A stretch of DNA of 64,000 nt, from contig CM059432.1 of the NCBI GenBank assembly GCA_030390025.1, positions 138,262,001-138,326,000 of the forward strand. Direction: 5' to 3'. Position 1 is the first letter of the stretch. Every line of letters starts with the position of its first letter. Source of the stretch: Squalus acanthias. Lineage: Eukaryota. This document shows positions 51,421 through 63,270 of this stretch, one piece after another. The translations under genes and the position numbers were made by a program. The notes below the pieces were generated by a model that did not search any database, had not been told where the DNA came from, and worked only from the letters and a program-made list of their open reading frames with translations.

Positions 51421-52555
51421 TTCACCCACTTCCGCAAGGTCTTCCTCCTCCTCCTCCTCATCCTCCTCATCTGAGGAGGCTATGCGCTGAGCCACTTGTT
51501 CCTCAGGCAGCTGCAAGCCACAATGCTGTGCGATGTTTTGCAGTGCACAGCAGACCACCACGATTCTGGAGACCCTGGCTACTGAATACTGTAGGGCTCC
51601 ACCTGATCTGTCAAGGCATCTGAATCGTATCTTCAGCAAGCCGATGGTTTGCTCGATGATGGATCTGGTCGAAATGTGGATGGCATTGTAGCGCTCCTCA
51701 GCTTCGGTCGATGGCCTCCTCAACGGCGTCATCAGCCACGTCTTCAGGGGATAGCCCTTGTCTCCAAGTAGCCACCCAGAAAGTTGGTTTGGCGGATTGA
51801 ACAGCGGAGGCACAGTAGACTGCCGCAGGATGAACGAGTCATGGCAACTGCCAGGGTACGTCACGCAAACATGCAAAATGTCCTTCCTGTGGTTACACAC
51901 CAGCTGCATGTTGAGGGAGTGGAAGCCCTTGCGGTTGACAAAAACAGCTGGGTTGTGATGGGGTGCCCTAAGGGCCACATGTGTGCAGTCTACGACGCCC
52001 TGCACCCTTGGCAAGCCTGCCATATTGGCAAAGCCAACCGCACACGCGGTTACACTTGCTTGATCCATCGAGAAGTGGATGTAATTGTGCGCCTTGGCAA
52101 AGAGGGCATCGGTTACCTGCATGATGCAAGTGTGTGCGGCCGACTGGGAGATGCCGCTGATGATCCCTGGAAGGACCCTGAAGCAAAAAAATTGAGTGCG
52201 GTGGTGACTTTGACAGCCACTGGTAAGGGGTGTCCATCTGGGCTCCAGGTGTTGGTGCAGCATTGCGCAGATGTCACCGACTATCACTCGCGAAAGTCTC
52301 AGCCTCCTTTGGCACTGCTGCTCACTCATGTTTAGGAAGCTGCTCCTCGGCCTGTAAACCCTGTGTTAGGGGGTATCTCCTGCGGCAACATGCTTCCCTG
52401 CGCTGACACCTTCTGCCCTGTGCAGCTTCAGGTGGGTGAGCAGCAGGTTGGCGCTCCTGTTGTTGCTGCTGCTGTTGTTCCTGGTTGCGCTGCTGCCGCG
52501 GCTGCTCTTCCTCCGAATCTGAGGACCAGGATGAAAGGAAATAAATGGTTCCCAT
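51420..52555 (-). pseudogene. Harbinger (HARBI1-like) DDE transposase, frameshifted
   Basis: [51 protein letters not shown]. The N-terminal [23 protein letters not shown] lies in a shifted frame. Confidence 0.9.
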
Positions 52556-53028
52556 GCTGCTGGTAAATATCTCAGTTGAGGAAGCGCTCAGTCAATGTGG
52601 GGAGAGGGTTTTCCCAGGAGGCCGCAATGGAGATGGATCTCAGCTTCACCACTTCCAAGATCAGTAGACCTGCAAAAAGTTTGCCAAGACCGGAAAAAAC
52701 AAAGTTCTGCCACCTACAACTGATCCTTGTTGAAAGCTCCATTTTTATGCTGGAGCTGCAGCTGTCAGGAAGCCAGCCACTTGTCAACCCGCCACACTTA
52801 GCTGGCGCGATTTGGTAACGACGTGGAACACGCTGAAAATGTGGTAAAATTTAAAAGGCCAGGCAAAATAGGATTACACAGGCATCCCGCCGCTTGGTGG
52901 TGGGACCGACCGGGAGTCTGACCCGCCTCCAACCCTGCCCCCTGAGCGGCGGCAAAATCGAGCCCAGCATCTCCGACAGTGCAGCGCTCCCTCAGTACTG
53001 CACTGGGAGTATCAGCCTAGATTTTGTG

Positions 53029-53897
53029 CTCCAGTATGATTTGGACAGGTTGGGTGATTGGGCAGAAGCATGGCAGATGCAGTATAATGTGGATAAATGC
53101 GAGGTTATCCACTTTGGTGGCAAAAACAGAAAGGCAGATTATTATCTGAATGGCAATAGATTGGGAGAAGGGGAAGTGCAACGAGACCTGGGTGTGCTTG
53201 TGCACCAGTCGCTGAAGGTAAGCATGCAGGTACAGCAGGCGGTTAAGAAGGCAAATGGTATGTTGGCCTTCGTAGCGAGAGGGTTTGAGTACAGGAACAA
53301 GGATGTATTGCTGCAGTTGTACAGGGCCTTGGTGAGACCACACCTTGAGTATTATGTGCAGTTTTGGTCGCCTTATCTGAGGAAGGATGTTCTTGCCATG
53401 GAGGGTGTGCAGCGAAGATTCACCAGACTGATACCTGGGATGGCAGGAATGACGTATGAGGAGAGATTGGGTCGATTGGGCTTATACTCGCTGGAGTTTA
53501 GAAGAATGAGAGGAGATCTCATTGAAACTTATAAAATTCTAACAGGGCTGGACAGACTGGATGCAGGAAGGATGTTCCTGATGGTGGGGGAGTCCAGAAC
53601 AAGAGGTCACAGTCTAAAGATAAGGGGTAAGCCATTTAGGACAGAGATGAGGAGGAATTTCTTCACCCAGAGAGTGGTGAACCTGTGGAATTCTCTACCA
53701 CAGAAGGCAGTTGAGGCCAAGTCAGTAAATATATTCAAGAAGGAGTTAGATATATTTCTTAAGGCTAAAGGTATCAAGGGATATGGGGAGAAGGCAGGGA
53801 CAGGGTACTGAGTTTGGATGATCAGCCATGATCTCATCGAATGGCGGAGCAGGCTCGAGGGGCCGAATGGCCTACTCCTGCTCCTATCTTCCTATGT
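53029..53897 (+). mobile_element. Young CR1 3' fragment with an open ORF2 C-terminus
   Basis: ORF to 53811, near-identical to 35492-36365. Confidence 0.95.
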
Positions 53898-54387
53898 TTA
53901 AGTCTCTGGAGTGGGACTTGAACCCACTACCTCCTTAACTCAAGAGGCGAGAGTGCTACCCACTGAGCCACAACTGACACCTGACTAGGTAAAGAAATTA
54001 AGATATGATACAGAAAGTAGAAAACAATTACTTTAAATCCTATATCAGGCAAAATATAGCTAGAGACACTTGCGATTCTGTACAGCATCCTCCACTTTAT
54101 TACACCTGTCCGGTGGTAGCACTTTTGCCTCTGAGTTAGAGGTTGTGGATTCAAGCCACACACCAGAACTTCAGTACATTATCAAGGCTTGCACTTCAGT
54201 CGGAGGTGCCACCTTTTGGAGGAGTTGTTAAACTGAGGCCTGTTCAGGTGGGCCAAAAAATCCCACCAATTGAAAAAGAGCAGGGGAGTTCCCCTGACCA
54301 GCATGTATCCCTCAACCCACACCACCAAAACAGACTGACTGGTCATTTATCTCATTTTTGTTTTGTGGAGACCTTGCTGCACACAAG

Positions 54388-55177
54388 GGGGCTGATTTTG
54401 CCAATAGAGGCGCATTGGAGGCGGGACTGCTGCTAGTCGGGTTTCAGTCCCGCCTCCATCGACTTGTGGCCAACCCACGATATTTTCCCTTGATTGACCT
54501 TGTTAAGCCCGCCCAGCGAGCTTAGCAGGCCAATTAAGGGGAAGCCGGTTACAGAGAACGTCAGCGTATGACGTTTCATCTGTCAAAAATTTTTGACAGA
54601 TGAATTGTCATCGTTTGACAGCTCTGTGAAGCTGTCAAACACTGACATTCTCTGTTGCTTGGTGAGTTCTTGTTCTCAAGGCTCACCAAACCTATTTTGT
54701 GAGCAGAAAGCAGATGGCTGTCGCATCGGAGAATGCAGTAGCCATTCTGTCATCGCTGCCATTGAGATGCTGGAGCCTCCAGATCCCCAATGAATGAAGC
54801 CTGCAGGAAGAAACAAAGGTAAGGAAACTTTTTCTATCACTTCTCACTCACCTCACACACTTACCTCTCCACACTTGCACCCATCACTCACCTCCACAGC
54901 GCACTTTTGCATCCCTCCGACCCCCGTACCTCTGATGGAAAAATGGGGATAATCCTCTTAACTGCCTGTTAACTACCTGTTAACAGGCAGTTAAGTGGCT
55001 GTAATCCCCTTCCCGCCTCCAGGAGACGGGACCCGGCGCGAGTCGGCTACCCGCCTCCTGGGAAGATGGCACGGAGGCGGGTTGGGGGGCGGGATGGGTA
55101 CCCGCCCCCAGATTCTGCCATTTTCCCAGCAGTCCCGCCTCCAAACCCGCCTCCCCAGGGCTGGCAAAATCGCCCCC
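54388..55177. mobile_element. Harbinger-type MITE inserted in a Deu-SINE (54110-55290)
   Basis: TIRs GGGGCTGATTTTGCCA / TGGCAAAATCGCCCCC; the flanks AAG/AAA restore the SINE GCACACAAAT. Confidence 0.8.
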
Positions 55178-55947
55178 AAATCGTCTGTCTCACTTGCTGA
55201 CCAAACTACAGCGACTGCGTGCCATTCATCGGCTGCGGAGCACCCGGGGAACGTCCCGAGGATGTGATGGGCGCTATATAAATGCAAGTTTGTTATTTCT
55301 GTACCGAGTCTTGAAATAAGTTTGATTGTTTTGTAGACAGGGGACAATGGTGTAAATATGGTGCATTCCGAAGCTTGACCGTGCTGCAAAAAAAAAACCC
55401 CATCTACTTGAAGGATTCCTGTAATACAAAAAGCAGCAGCAGCTGGATTAATAATCTGCTTTCTGGCCTCTGCCAATATGTTTCATAAATATCTGCTGGC
55501 TGCTGCGTGAAAATGTGTCAGGTCTACTCACTCTCTGATTTTTGTTCCCCCTTCTTCTCCTGGAGAAATATTTTTACCTTCACTCTTTCCCCCTTCTCTC
55601 AGCGTCATGATCAACATCAGGAACGTAGGGCATCAGTGAGGTGAAGCATTATTTTGTGACAAGAGTCTTTCACGAGTAGGAGGAGACAATTAAACGGAAT
55701 AACAAAATTCCACCATGCTTTACCTAATGCAAAGTAGCATTATTTTTATTCCCCCCCCACCTCCCCATCCAATGGAAATACGCATCACGCCAAAATGTAC
55801 AACACCGCTCCGTGTCCTACAGTGCCACTAGAAGTATTTTAAACAATCTAAAATGATAATGGAGCATTAATAATAGCCGTCTAGTTGCTTGTAATTGAGG
55901 ACAGACAGACAGGCTGATTGAAAGCCCTGCCTCTTCTCAATTACAAC

Positions 55948-56083
55948 CTACAGTACTGCCGCACATTCAATATTGCTAATTCCATCCTTGTCACAAAGTT
56001 CAAGGTTTTTTTCTGATTCAAATGCAGTCAAAGGATCTAACAGCTCTTGCTGTGGAGAACGCCCACCATCTTTGTACAGAGGG
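55948..56083 (-). CDS. Alternative terminal exon (x-PLYKDGGRSPQQELLDPLTAFESEKNLELCDKDGISNIECAAVL*)
   Basis: Strong acceptor CTAATTTTTTTTCTCTCTCTCTCTCTCGCAG (with a branch-point-like CTAAT); 44 open codons in phase 2; minus-strand AATAAA at 55745-55750. Confidence 0.55.
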
Positions 56084-57097
56084 CTGCGAGAGAGAGAGAG
56101 AGAAAAAAAATTAGAGTCTGCAACATTTCAAACCAAATTTGGAACTCATCGCACAAATTGCAAATCGCAAAGTGGGTTTGATACAAATTTGCCTTCGAAC
56201 AATATTGAAGAACAACTTGGGTAGGCATCAGAAAAAAACAGGCCGTCACTTCACATCTCTAATAAAAAAAAAAGCCATTTTTATGAGGTGGGCTACAGCA
56301 CATTCAGCAAGTCATAACACAGATAGCTTTCATAACAGTAGGAATATTGTAAAATGATTGCCTCGGCAAAAACAAAAAAACAAAATCATAAGGCTTGCGA
56401 TGGTAGAACGCTGTGAGAATGCGGTAGTTTGTGATACAGCTCCTCTCATTACTCCGCAGATGTTTATATATTCACTTTACAAGTCTATTTACTACAGTGC
56501 CATCTCCTGTAACCCTGCTGTGCAAGAAGCCTGAAAACTGTCTGCGAAATAGATGTGCAAAACACACCTTCGAACCTATTGCAGCCTTCTGGAAAGGTCC
56601 TGCACAATTTATTAAAAGGACTAAAGTACAATTAACTCGTAGATTTTCAGAAGAGTGAAAGAGTACACTACTAATGCCCAAATCACTGATTGAAATTTTT
56701 ATATATATATATATATATACATATACACTGTAGCTTGAAAGCATAGGAAGACAGCAATAATTAGCCAAAATTCTGCATAAGCTTGGTTTCTTGATAACTT
56801 TTTCTTCTGTTTAGCCTGTGTACTGTAATGGGGTAACTGCCCTCTGTTTCAGTGACATTTACTGGTGGGATTAACCCTTTCAATACTGAAAGCTTTCTCT
56901 CGTTTACAAGGGACGCTTCTTTCTGTCACCTAACCTCCTTCAAAACCATTGATCAGGTGTGAAGTGATAGGAGTTCAGGAGCTACATCAAAACCAATGAT
57001 ATTTCAAAGTGTATTGTGCTGCCGCAATACATTCAGAATTGTAACCTTGTAATATTTATCTTAAGTCCCAGAAGATTTAATATCACAACTGTACATT

Positions 57098-57685
57098 CTT
57101 GTCCACATCCATGCCTTTGTTACCTCCAGACTTGACTATTCCAACGCTCTCCTGGCCGGCCTCCCATCTTCCACCCTCCATAAACTTGAACTCATCCGAA
57201 ACTCTGCTGCCCCGTATCCTAAGTCCCGTTTACCCATCACCCCTGTGCTCGCTGACCTATATTGGCTCCCAGTCTGGCAACACCTCGATTTTAAAATTCT
57301 CATCCGTGTGTTCAAATCCCACCATGGCCTTGCCCTCTCCCTATCACTGTAACCTCCTCCAGCCCTACAACCCTCCGAGATCTCTGCGCTCCTCTAATTC
57401 TGGCCTCTTGCGCATCCCCGATTTTCATCACTCCACCATCGGCGGCCGTGCCTTCAGCTGCCTCGGCCTAAAGCTCGGGCATTCCCTTCTTAAACCTCTC
57501 CGCCTCGCTCTCCGCCTTTAAGACGCTCCTTAAAACCCACCTCTTTGAGCATGTTTTTGGTCTCCTGTCCTAATATCTCCTTATGTGGCTCGGTGTCAAA
57601 TTTTGTTTGATGACGCTCCTGTGAAGCGCCTTGGGACGTTTTACTATGTTAAAAATGCGATATAAATACAAGTTGTTATTGCTGT
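57098..57685 (+). mobile_element. L2 LINE 3' fragment
   Basis: [22 protein letters not shown]...LADLYWLPV...TIGGRAFS and an L2 tail. Confidence 0.9.
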
Positions 57686-58413
57686 CCAGTCTTCACACTG
57701 CCAGCTTCTCCTTTCATCAGAAATCTTTCTGCAGCCTTCTTATGTTACGAAGTGCCTTGGGACGTTTTATTAAAAATAAAAAAAGGACACTTTTTTTAAT
57801 ATAAAGAATTTCATAGCGGTACTCTTCGCCATTGAATACTTTGGTAGCTGTAGTCACAGGACAGAATGGAACGAGAATGGTAAAAATGATCACGGTTGCA
57901 AGAGGTTTGATGGGCCGAATGGCCTCCTTCTGTGCTGTACTATTCTGTGATAACAGCTTCTAGTAGTCAAGGCAAAAAAAAAAAAGAACAAAAGCCAAAG
58001 CTCCACATCTGAAATAAAAAGAGAGAATGTCAAAAATGCCGAGCAGGTCGATCGTTAACTGAAAGAGGAAGGGCACCGTCTTGAGTGTAACCAGTTCTGA
58101 TCAAGAGTCTCCTCTGATACGTTAATCTTTTTCCCTCTCGACCTGTTTTCTTTCTACTCACACCGATTCCCTCAGCTGGTCACAAAATCCCCCGTTGCCT
58201 GGCTAGACCGACTTCACTCAGCATACAAGAGCACACAAGGAGCACGGCGTGAAACGTAGGGAACGTACAAGATCATTAAAAAACAGTCCATTTCTGAGCA
58301 GATTCCATCTACAACATTTTCAGGAAAGGCTGCAGAAAGAGTTCCGATGAAAGAAGAAGCCGGCCAAAGACTGCGAATAAAGATGTCTGCAGCTCGTCGA
58401 AGACAACAGGACC

Positions 58414-58870
58414 TTTTCTTCTTCTCTTCTTCTTAGGCAGTCCCTCGGAACCGAGGATGACTTGCTTCCACACTAAAAATGAGTTCTCAGGTGACTGAGG
58501 AGTCCAATGCGGGACCTACAGTCTCTGTCACAGGTGGGGCAGACGGTGGTTGAAGGGGCGGGTGGGTGGGGTGCTTGGGTTGACGTGCGCTCCTTGCGCT
58601 GCTTGCGCTTGGCTTCCGCTTGCTCCCGGCGAAGAGACTCGAGGTGTTCGGCGCCTTCCCGGATGCTTCTCCTCCACTTTGTGTGGTCTTGGGCCAGGGA
58701 TTCCCAGGTGTCGGTGGGGATGTTGCACTTTTTCAAGGAGGCTTTGAGGGTGTCCTTGAAGCGTTTCCTCTGCCCACCTGGGGCTCTCTTGCCGTGTCGG
58801 AGCTCCGAGTAGAGCGCTTGTTTTGGGAGTCTCGTATCGGGCATGCGGACGATGTGACCCGTCCATCGGA
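58414..58870 (-). mobile_element. RTE-clade LINE 3' fragment, near-identical to 45000-45478
   Basis: ORF 58473-58844 differs from the other copy at 6 of 123 aa; (AAG)n-like tail. Confidence 0.92.
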
Positions 58871-58908
58871 CCTTTTATGACATCAAGCACAGCGATACTG
58901 ACACACAT

Positions 58909-59177
58909 GGCCCTGATTTTAACTCCAGGTAGATTCCCCGCTCAGGCCTGAGTTAAAATTACAGTCGGGTCTTAATGATGTCATCGGGCCGCATCATGCA
59001 TGTGTAAAGAAGGACCCTGTGTTGGCTCCGGGCGCATGTCCTTGCTGCCTGCTCAGGAGAGCCGGTTAAAATTGCAGATGTTGCGATTATGGCGGCTTTC
59101 GGACCGGTAAGAGCCAGGGCGATTTTAACTGTCCCCCGCCAGGTTTCTGCTGAGCGAGTAGGGTTAAAATCACCCCC
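58909..59177. mobile_element. Short Harbinger-type MITE
   Basis: TIRs GGCCCTGATTTTAACTC / GGGTTAAAATCACCCCC; no TSD. Confidence 0.6.
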
Positions 59178-59336
59178 CTCCAATAATCAAGAATCTGGGC
59201 TATTTGCTGGAAGCATGCCTTTGTAGTTTAGACTGCGAGTATCAATGAAAGTTGGAGCACAAATCCATCAGCCATATAACAACAACTTTCATTTATATAG
59301 TGCCTTTAACGTAATAAAATGTCCCAAGGCACTTCA

Positions 59337-60775
59337 TAACATAAGAACATAAGAATTAGGAGCTGGAGTCGGCCATATGGCCCCTCGAGCCTGCTCCGCC
59401 ATTCAATAAGATCATGGCTGATCTTCAACCTCAACTCCACTTTCCCGCCCGATCCCCATATCTCTTGATTCCCTTAGTGTCCAAAAATCTATCGATCTCA
59501 GCCTTGAATTGACTCAACGATTCAGCATTCACAGCCCTTTGGGGCAGAGAATTCCAAAGAATCATAACTCTCTGAGTTAAGAAATTCCGCCTCATCTCAG
59601 TCTTAAATGGCCGTCCCCTTATCCTGAGTCCATGTCCCCGAGTTCAAGACTATCCAGCCAGGGGAAACAACCTCTCAGCATCTACCCTGTCAATCCCCCT
59701 CAGAATCCCATATGTTTCAATGAAATCACCTCTCATCCTTCTAAACTCCAGAGAGTATAGGCCCATTCTACACAATCTCTCATCATAGGGCAACCCTCTC
59801 ATCCCAGGAATCAATCTAGTGAACCTTCGTTGCACCACCCCTGAGGCATGTATGTCCTTTCTCAGATAAGGAGACCAAAACTGTGCACAGTACTCCAGGT
59901 GTGGTCTCACCAAAGCCCTGTACAATTGTAGTAAGACCTCCCTACTCTTGTACTCCAACCCCCTTGCAACAAAGGCCAACATGCCATTTGCCTTCCTAAT
60001 TTCTTGCTGTACCTGCATGTTAACTCTGTGTTTCCTGCACAAGGACACCCAAATCTCTTTGAACACCAACACTTAATAGTCTCTCACCATTTAAAAAATA
60101 TTCTGTTTTTCTATTATTCCTACCAAAGTGAATAACCCCACACTTCCTCACATTATACTTCATCTGCCACCCCATTGCCCATTCACTTAACCTGTCCATA
60201 ACCCTTCGCAGGCTCTTTGTGTCCTCCTCACAGCTTACTTTCCCACCTAGCTTTGTATTATCAGCAAACCTGGATACATTGCACTCGGTCCCTTCATCTA
60301 AGTCATTAATATAGTTTCTAAATAGCTGAAACCCAAACACGGATCCTTGCGGCACCCCACTAGTTACCGCCTACCAACCAGAAAATGACCCGTTTATCCC
60401 TACTCTGTTTTCTGTCAGTTAACCAATCCTCTATCCATGCTAATATATTAACCCCAACCCCATGAGCCCTTATCTTGTGTAACAACCTTTTATGTGGCAT
60501 CTTATTGAATGCCTTTTGGAAATCCAAATATACTACATCCACTGGTTCCCCTTTATCTACCCTGCTAGTTACATCCACAAATAACTCTAATAAATTTGTC
60601 AAACACGATTTCCCTTTCATTAAACCATGTTGACTCTGCCTAATCATATTATGATTTTCTAAGTGCTCCGTTACCACTTCCTTAATAATGGATTCCAGCA
60701 TTTTCCCAACGACTGATGTCAGGCTAACTGGCCTGTAGTTCCCTGGTTTCTCTTTCTCTCTTTTCTTGAATAGGA
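59337..60775 (-). mobile_element. CR1 RT + 3' end, frameshifted
   Basis: GNYRPVSLTS, QHGLMKGKSCLTNL, DFQKAF, PQGSV, FADNTK, PHLEYCAQFW; (GTTCTTAT)n tail. Confidence 0.93.
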
Positions 60776-60794
60776 GGGAGAGAGAAAACTTCAG

Positions 60795-61190
60795 TGTCAG
60801 CTGTGGCTCAGTGGGTAGCACTCTCACCTCTGAGTCAGAAGGTTGTGGGTTTACAACCCACTCCAGAGACTTGAGCACAAAAATCTATGCTGAAACTCCA
60901 GTGCAGTGCTGAGGGAGGTGCTGTCTTTCGGATGAGACGTTAAACCGAGGCCCCGTCTGCTCTTTCAGGTGGACGTAAAAGATCCCACAGCACTATTTCA
61001 AAGAAGAGCAGGGGAGTTCTCCCCGGTGTCCTGACCAATATTTATCCCTCAACCAACATCACTAAAACAGATTATCTGGTCATTATCACATTGCTGTTTG
61101 TGGGAGCTTGCTGTGTGCAAATTGGCTGCTGCATCTCCTACATCACAACAGTGACTGCACTTCAAAAAGTACTTCATTGGCTGTAAGGGT
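60795..61190 (+). mobile_element. Deu-domain SINE with an intact head
   Basis: GTGTCAGCTGTGGCTCAGTGGGTAGCAC...GTCTTTCGGATGAGACGTTAAACCGAGG. Confidence 0.9.
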
Positions 61191-61884
61191 GGAAAATCCT
61201 ACGATCCCTTTGCTGACCTCAGTGACCAAATTCCCAGGATGAGCTTCTGGTAATGGCAAGGTTCAGTTCCAGCATGTTCTATGTAACGTTTCTCTTACGC
61301 CATTCAGCCCCTCGAGCCTGTTCCGCCATTCAATGAGATCATGGCATGTCTGTATCCTAATCCCATCCACCCGCCTTGGGTCCATAACCCTTAAATTCCC
61401 TTGGCTAGCAAAGATCTATCGATCTCAGATTTCAAATTATTAATTGAGCTGGCATCTACTGCTTTTTGTGGGAGAGAGCTCCACACTTCTACCACCCTTT
61501 GCGTGAAGCAGTGCTTCCTAACTTCTTCTCCCAGTGTACGCACCCTGCCCCACTTGGACCAACAGAACGCATTGCCGAGGTGCTCCCAGGCCCCTGTTTT
61601 TGCCTGCGGTGAAACTTCTAGATATATTCCCCTATTGTTCAGGTCATCAGTGCCTGGTCCAACCTGGAGTCACGTGCTTACTTTTCAACTTGACCGTGCA
61701 GCTGTGGATGTCGCGAATGTTCCTTCTTGACAGGCTTAATGAGTAGAATTTGGCTTTTCTTCCCCCCTCACTTTTCACGAATATCCTTCGTGCATTTTTT
61801 TTTTTGGAGTGGTTGGAATGGTCAGGGCAGTGCTAAACACGGAACAACATTCTGTTAACACGTTCTACCTGTTTCAAACCCGAG

Positions 61885-62070
61885 TCTACCTCTCTCTCCT
61901 CCTTTAAGACGCTCCTTAAAACCTACCTCTTTGACCAAGCTTTTGGTCACCTGCCCTAATATCTCCTTCTATGGCTCGGAGTCAAATTTTTGTCTGGTAA
62001 CGGTCTTGTGAAGCACCCTGGGATGTTTTACTACATTAAAGGCGCTGTATAAATACAAGTTGTTGTTGTT
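61885..62070 (+). mobile_element. L2 3' end
   Basis: CTCCTTTAAGACGCTCCTTAAAACCTACC...TATAAATACAAGTTGTTGTTG. Confidence 0.85.
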
Positions 62071-62227
62071 ATCACTGGTTCTATTTCCAGCATTCTGTGT
62101 GTCCTTATTTTAGATTTCCTCACGTACATCATTCTTTCTATCCCTTAATTTTTGATGTAATTGCAAGTTGTTGTTGTTTTCACGAAAATGACCAAAGTCA
62201 GAATTTTTAGCCTCTTTGACCATTCAG

Positions 62228-62870
62228 GTGAGGGGGAAGGAAGTTGGGAGGGAGAGAGGGAGGGAGGGAGAGAGAGGGAGGGAAGGAGGGAGAGAGAGGG
62301 AGGGAGAGAGAGGGAGGGAAGGAGGAAAGGAGGGAAGTTGGGAGGTTGGGAAGGAGAGAGGATGGGGAGAGAGGAAGAGAGAGAGGGAGGGAGGGATGGA
62401 GGGAGAGAGAGGGAAGGAGGGAAGTTGGGAGGGAGAGAGGATGGGGAAGAGAGGAAGAGAGAGAGGGTGGGAGGGAAGGAGGGAGGGAGGGAGAGAGAGC
62501 GGGAGGGAGGGAGGGAGGGGGTGAGAGAGAGTGAGGGAAGGAGGGAGGGTGGGAGAGGGAGAGAGAGAGAGACAGAGGGAGGGAGGGGGAGGGAGGGAGA
62601 GAGAGAGGGAGGGAGGGGGTGAGAGAGAGTGAGGGAAGGAGGGAGGGTGGGAGAGAGAGCGGGAGGGAGGGAGGGAGGGGGTGAGAGAGAGTGAGGGAAG
62701 GAGGGAGGGTGGGAGAGGGAGAGAGAGAGAGACAGAGGGAGGGAGGGGGAGGGAGGGAGAGAGAGAGGGAGGGAGGGGGAGAGAGGGAGGTAGGGAAAGA
62801 GGGAGGGTGTGAGAGAGGGAGAGAGAGAGAGAGAGGGAGGGAATGAAGGAGGGAGGGTGGGAGAGAGGGA
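62228..62870. repeat. Polypurine (GA/GGA-rich) low-complexity tract with internal duplications
   Basis: About 640 bp almost exclusively G/A. Confidence 0.95.
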
Positions 62871-63270
62871 CAAAATTCATGATATCAGTTTTTTCTACCC
62901 CTGATGGTGAAATGCCTCCCTCTGTGTGGGCATTTCATGGAGTCGCCAGGCTAAGAATCGATAAAGCTAAGCGGGCTGAGACTTGTGAACCTGAGGGCTG
63001 GGCAGTGCCTGCGCAGGACTCAAGCACACAACTCCTTTAACCAGACAGCAGCTAAATGATGGAAGAAAAATGAAAATAATCATGTGTTAAAGTTTAGTTC
63101 ATGCATCATGAAACAGATAAATGCATTACACTGACTGAGAAAGAAAGGAAGAACAATGTGATAATGACCAGGTAATCAGTTTTAGTGATGTTGATTGAGG
63201 GATAAATATTGGTCAGGACACCGGGGAGAACTCCCCTGATTTTCTTCAGAAGAATGCCGTGGGATCTTTT

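Larger units (their letters stand above)
50982..52965. mobile_element. PIF/Harbinger DNA transposon with convergent transposase and Myb/SANT genes (internally deleted)
   Basis: TIRs GGGCTTGATTTTGCC / GGCAAAATCGAGCCC; TSD AGC (50979-50981, 52966-52968). Confidence 0.95.
50790..53985 (-). mobile_element. Deu-domain SINE split by a Harbinger and a CR1
   Basis: SINE pieces 50790-50981, 52966-53030 and 53898-53985 join into one minus-strand SINE. Confidence 0.8.

Noticed and set aside
51256..52329. Domesticated host HARBI1 gene
   Set aside because: Flanked by TIRs and a TSD inside a SINE, frameshifted and 3'-deleted: a transposon copy.
61675..61760. Possible upstream exon with a phase-2 GTAAGC donor (LIKPVKKEHSRHPQLHGQVE)
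   Set aside because: No convincing acceptor or polypyrimidine tract upstream.
62145..62880. ORFs of up to 242 aa
   Set aside because: Translations of the GA-rich low-complexity tract.
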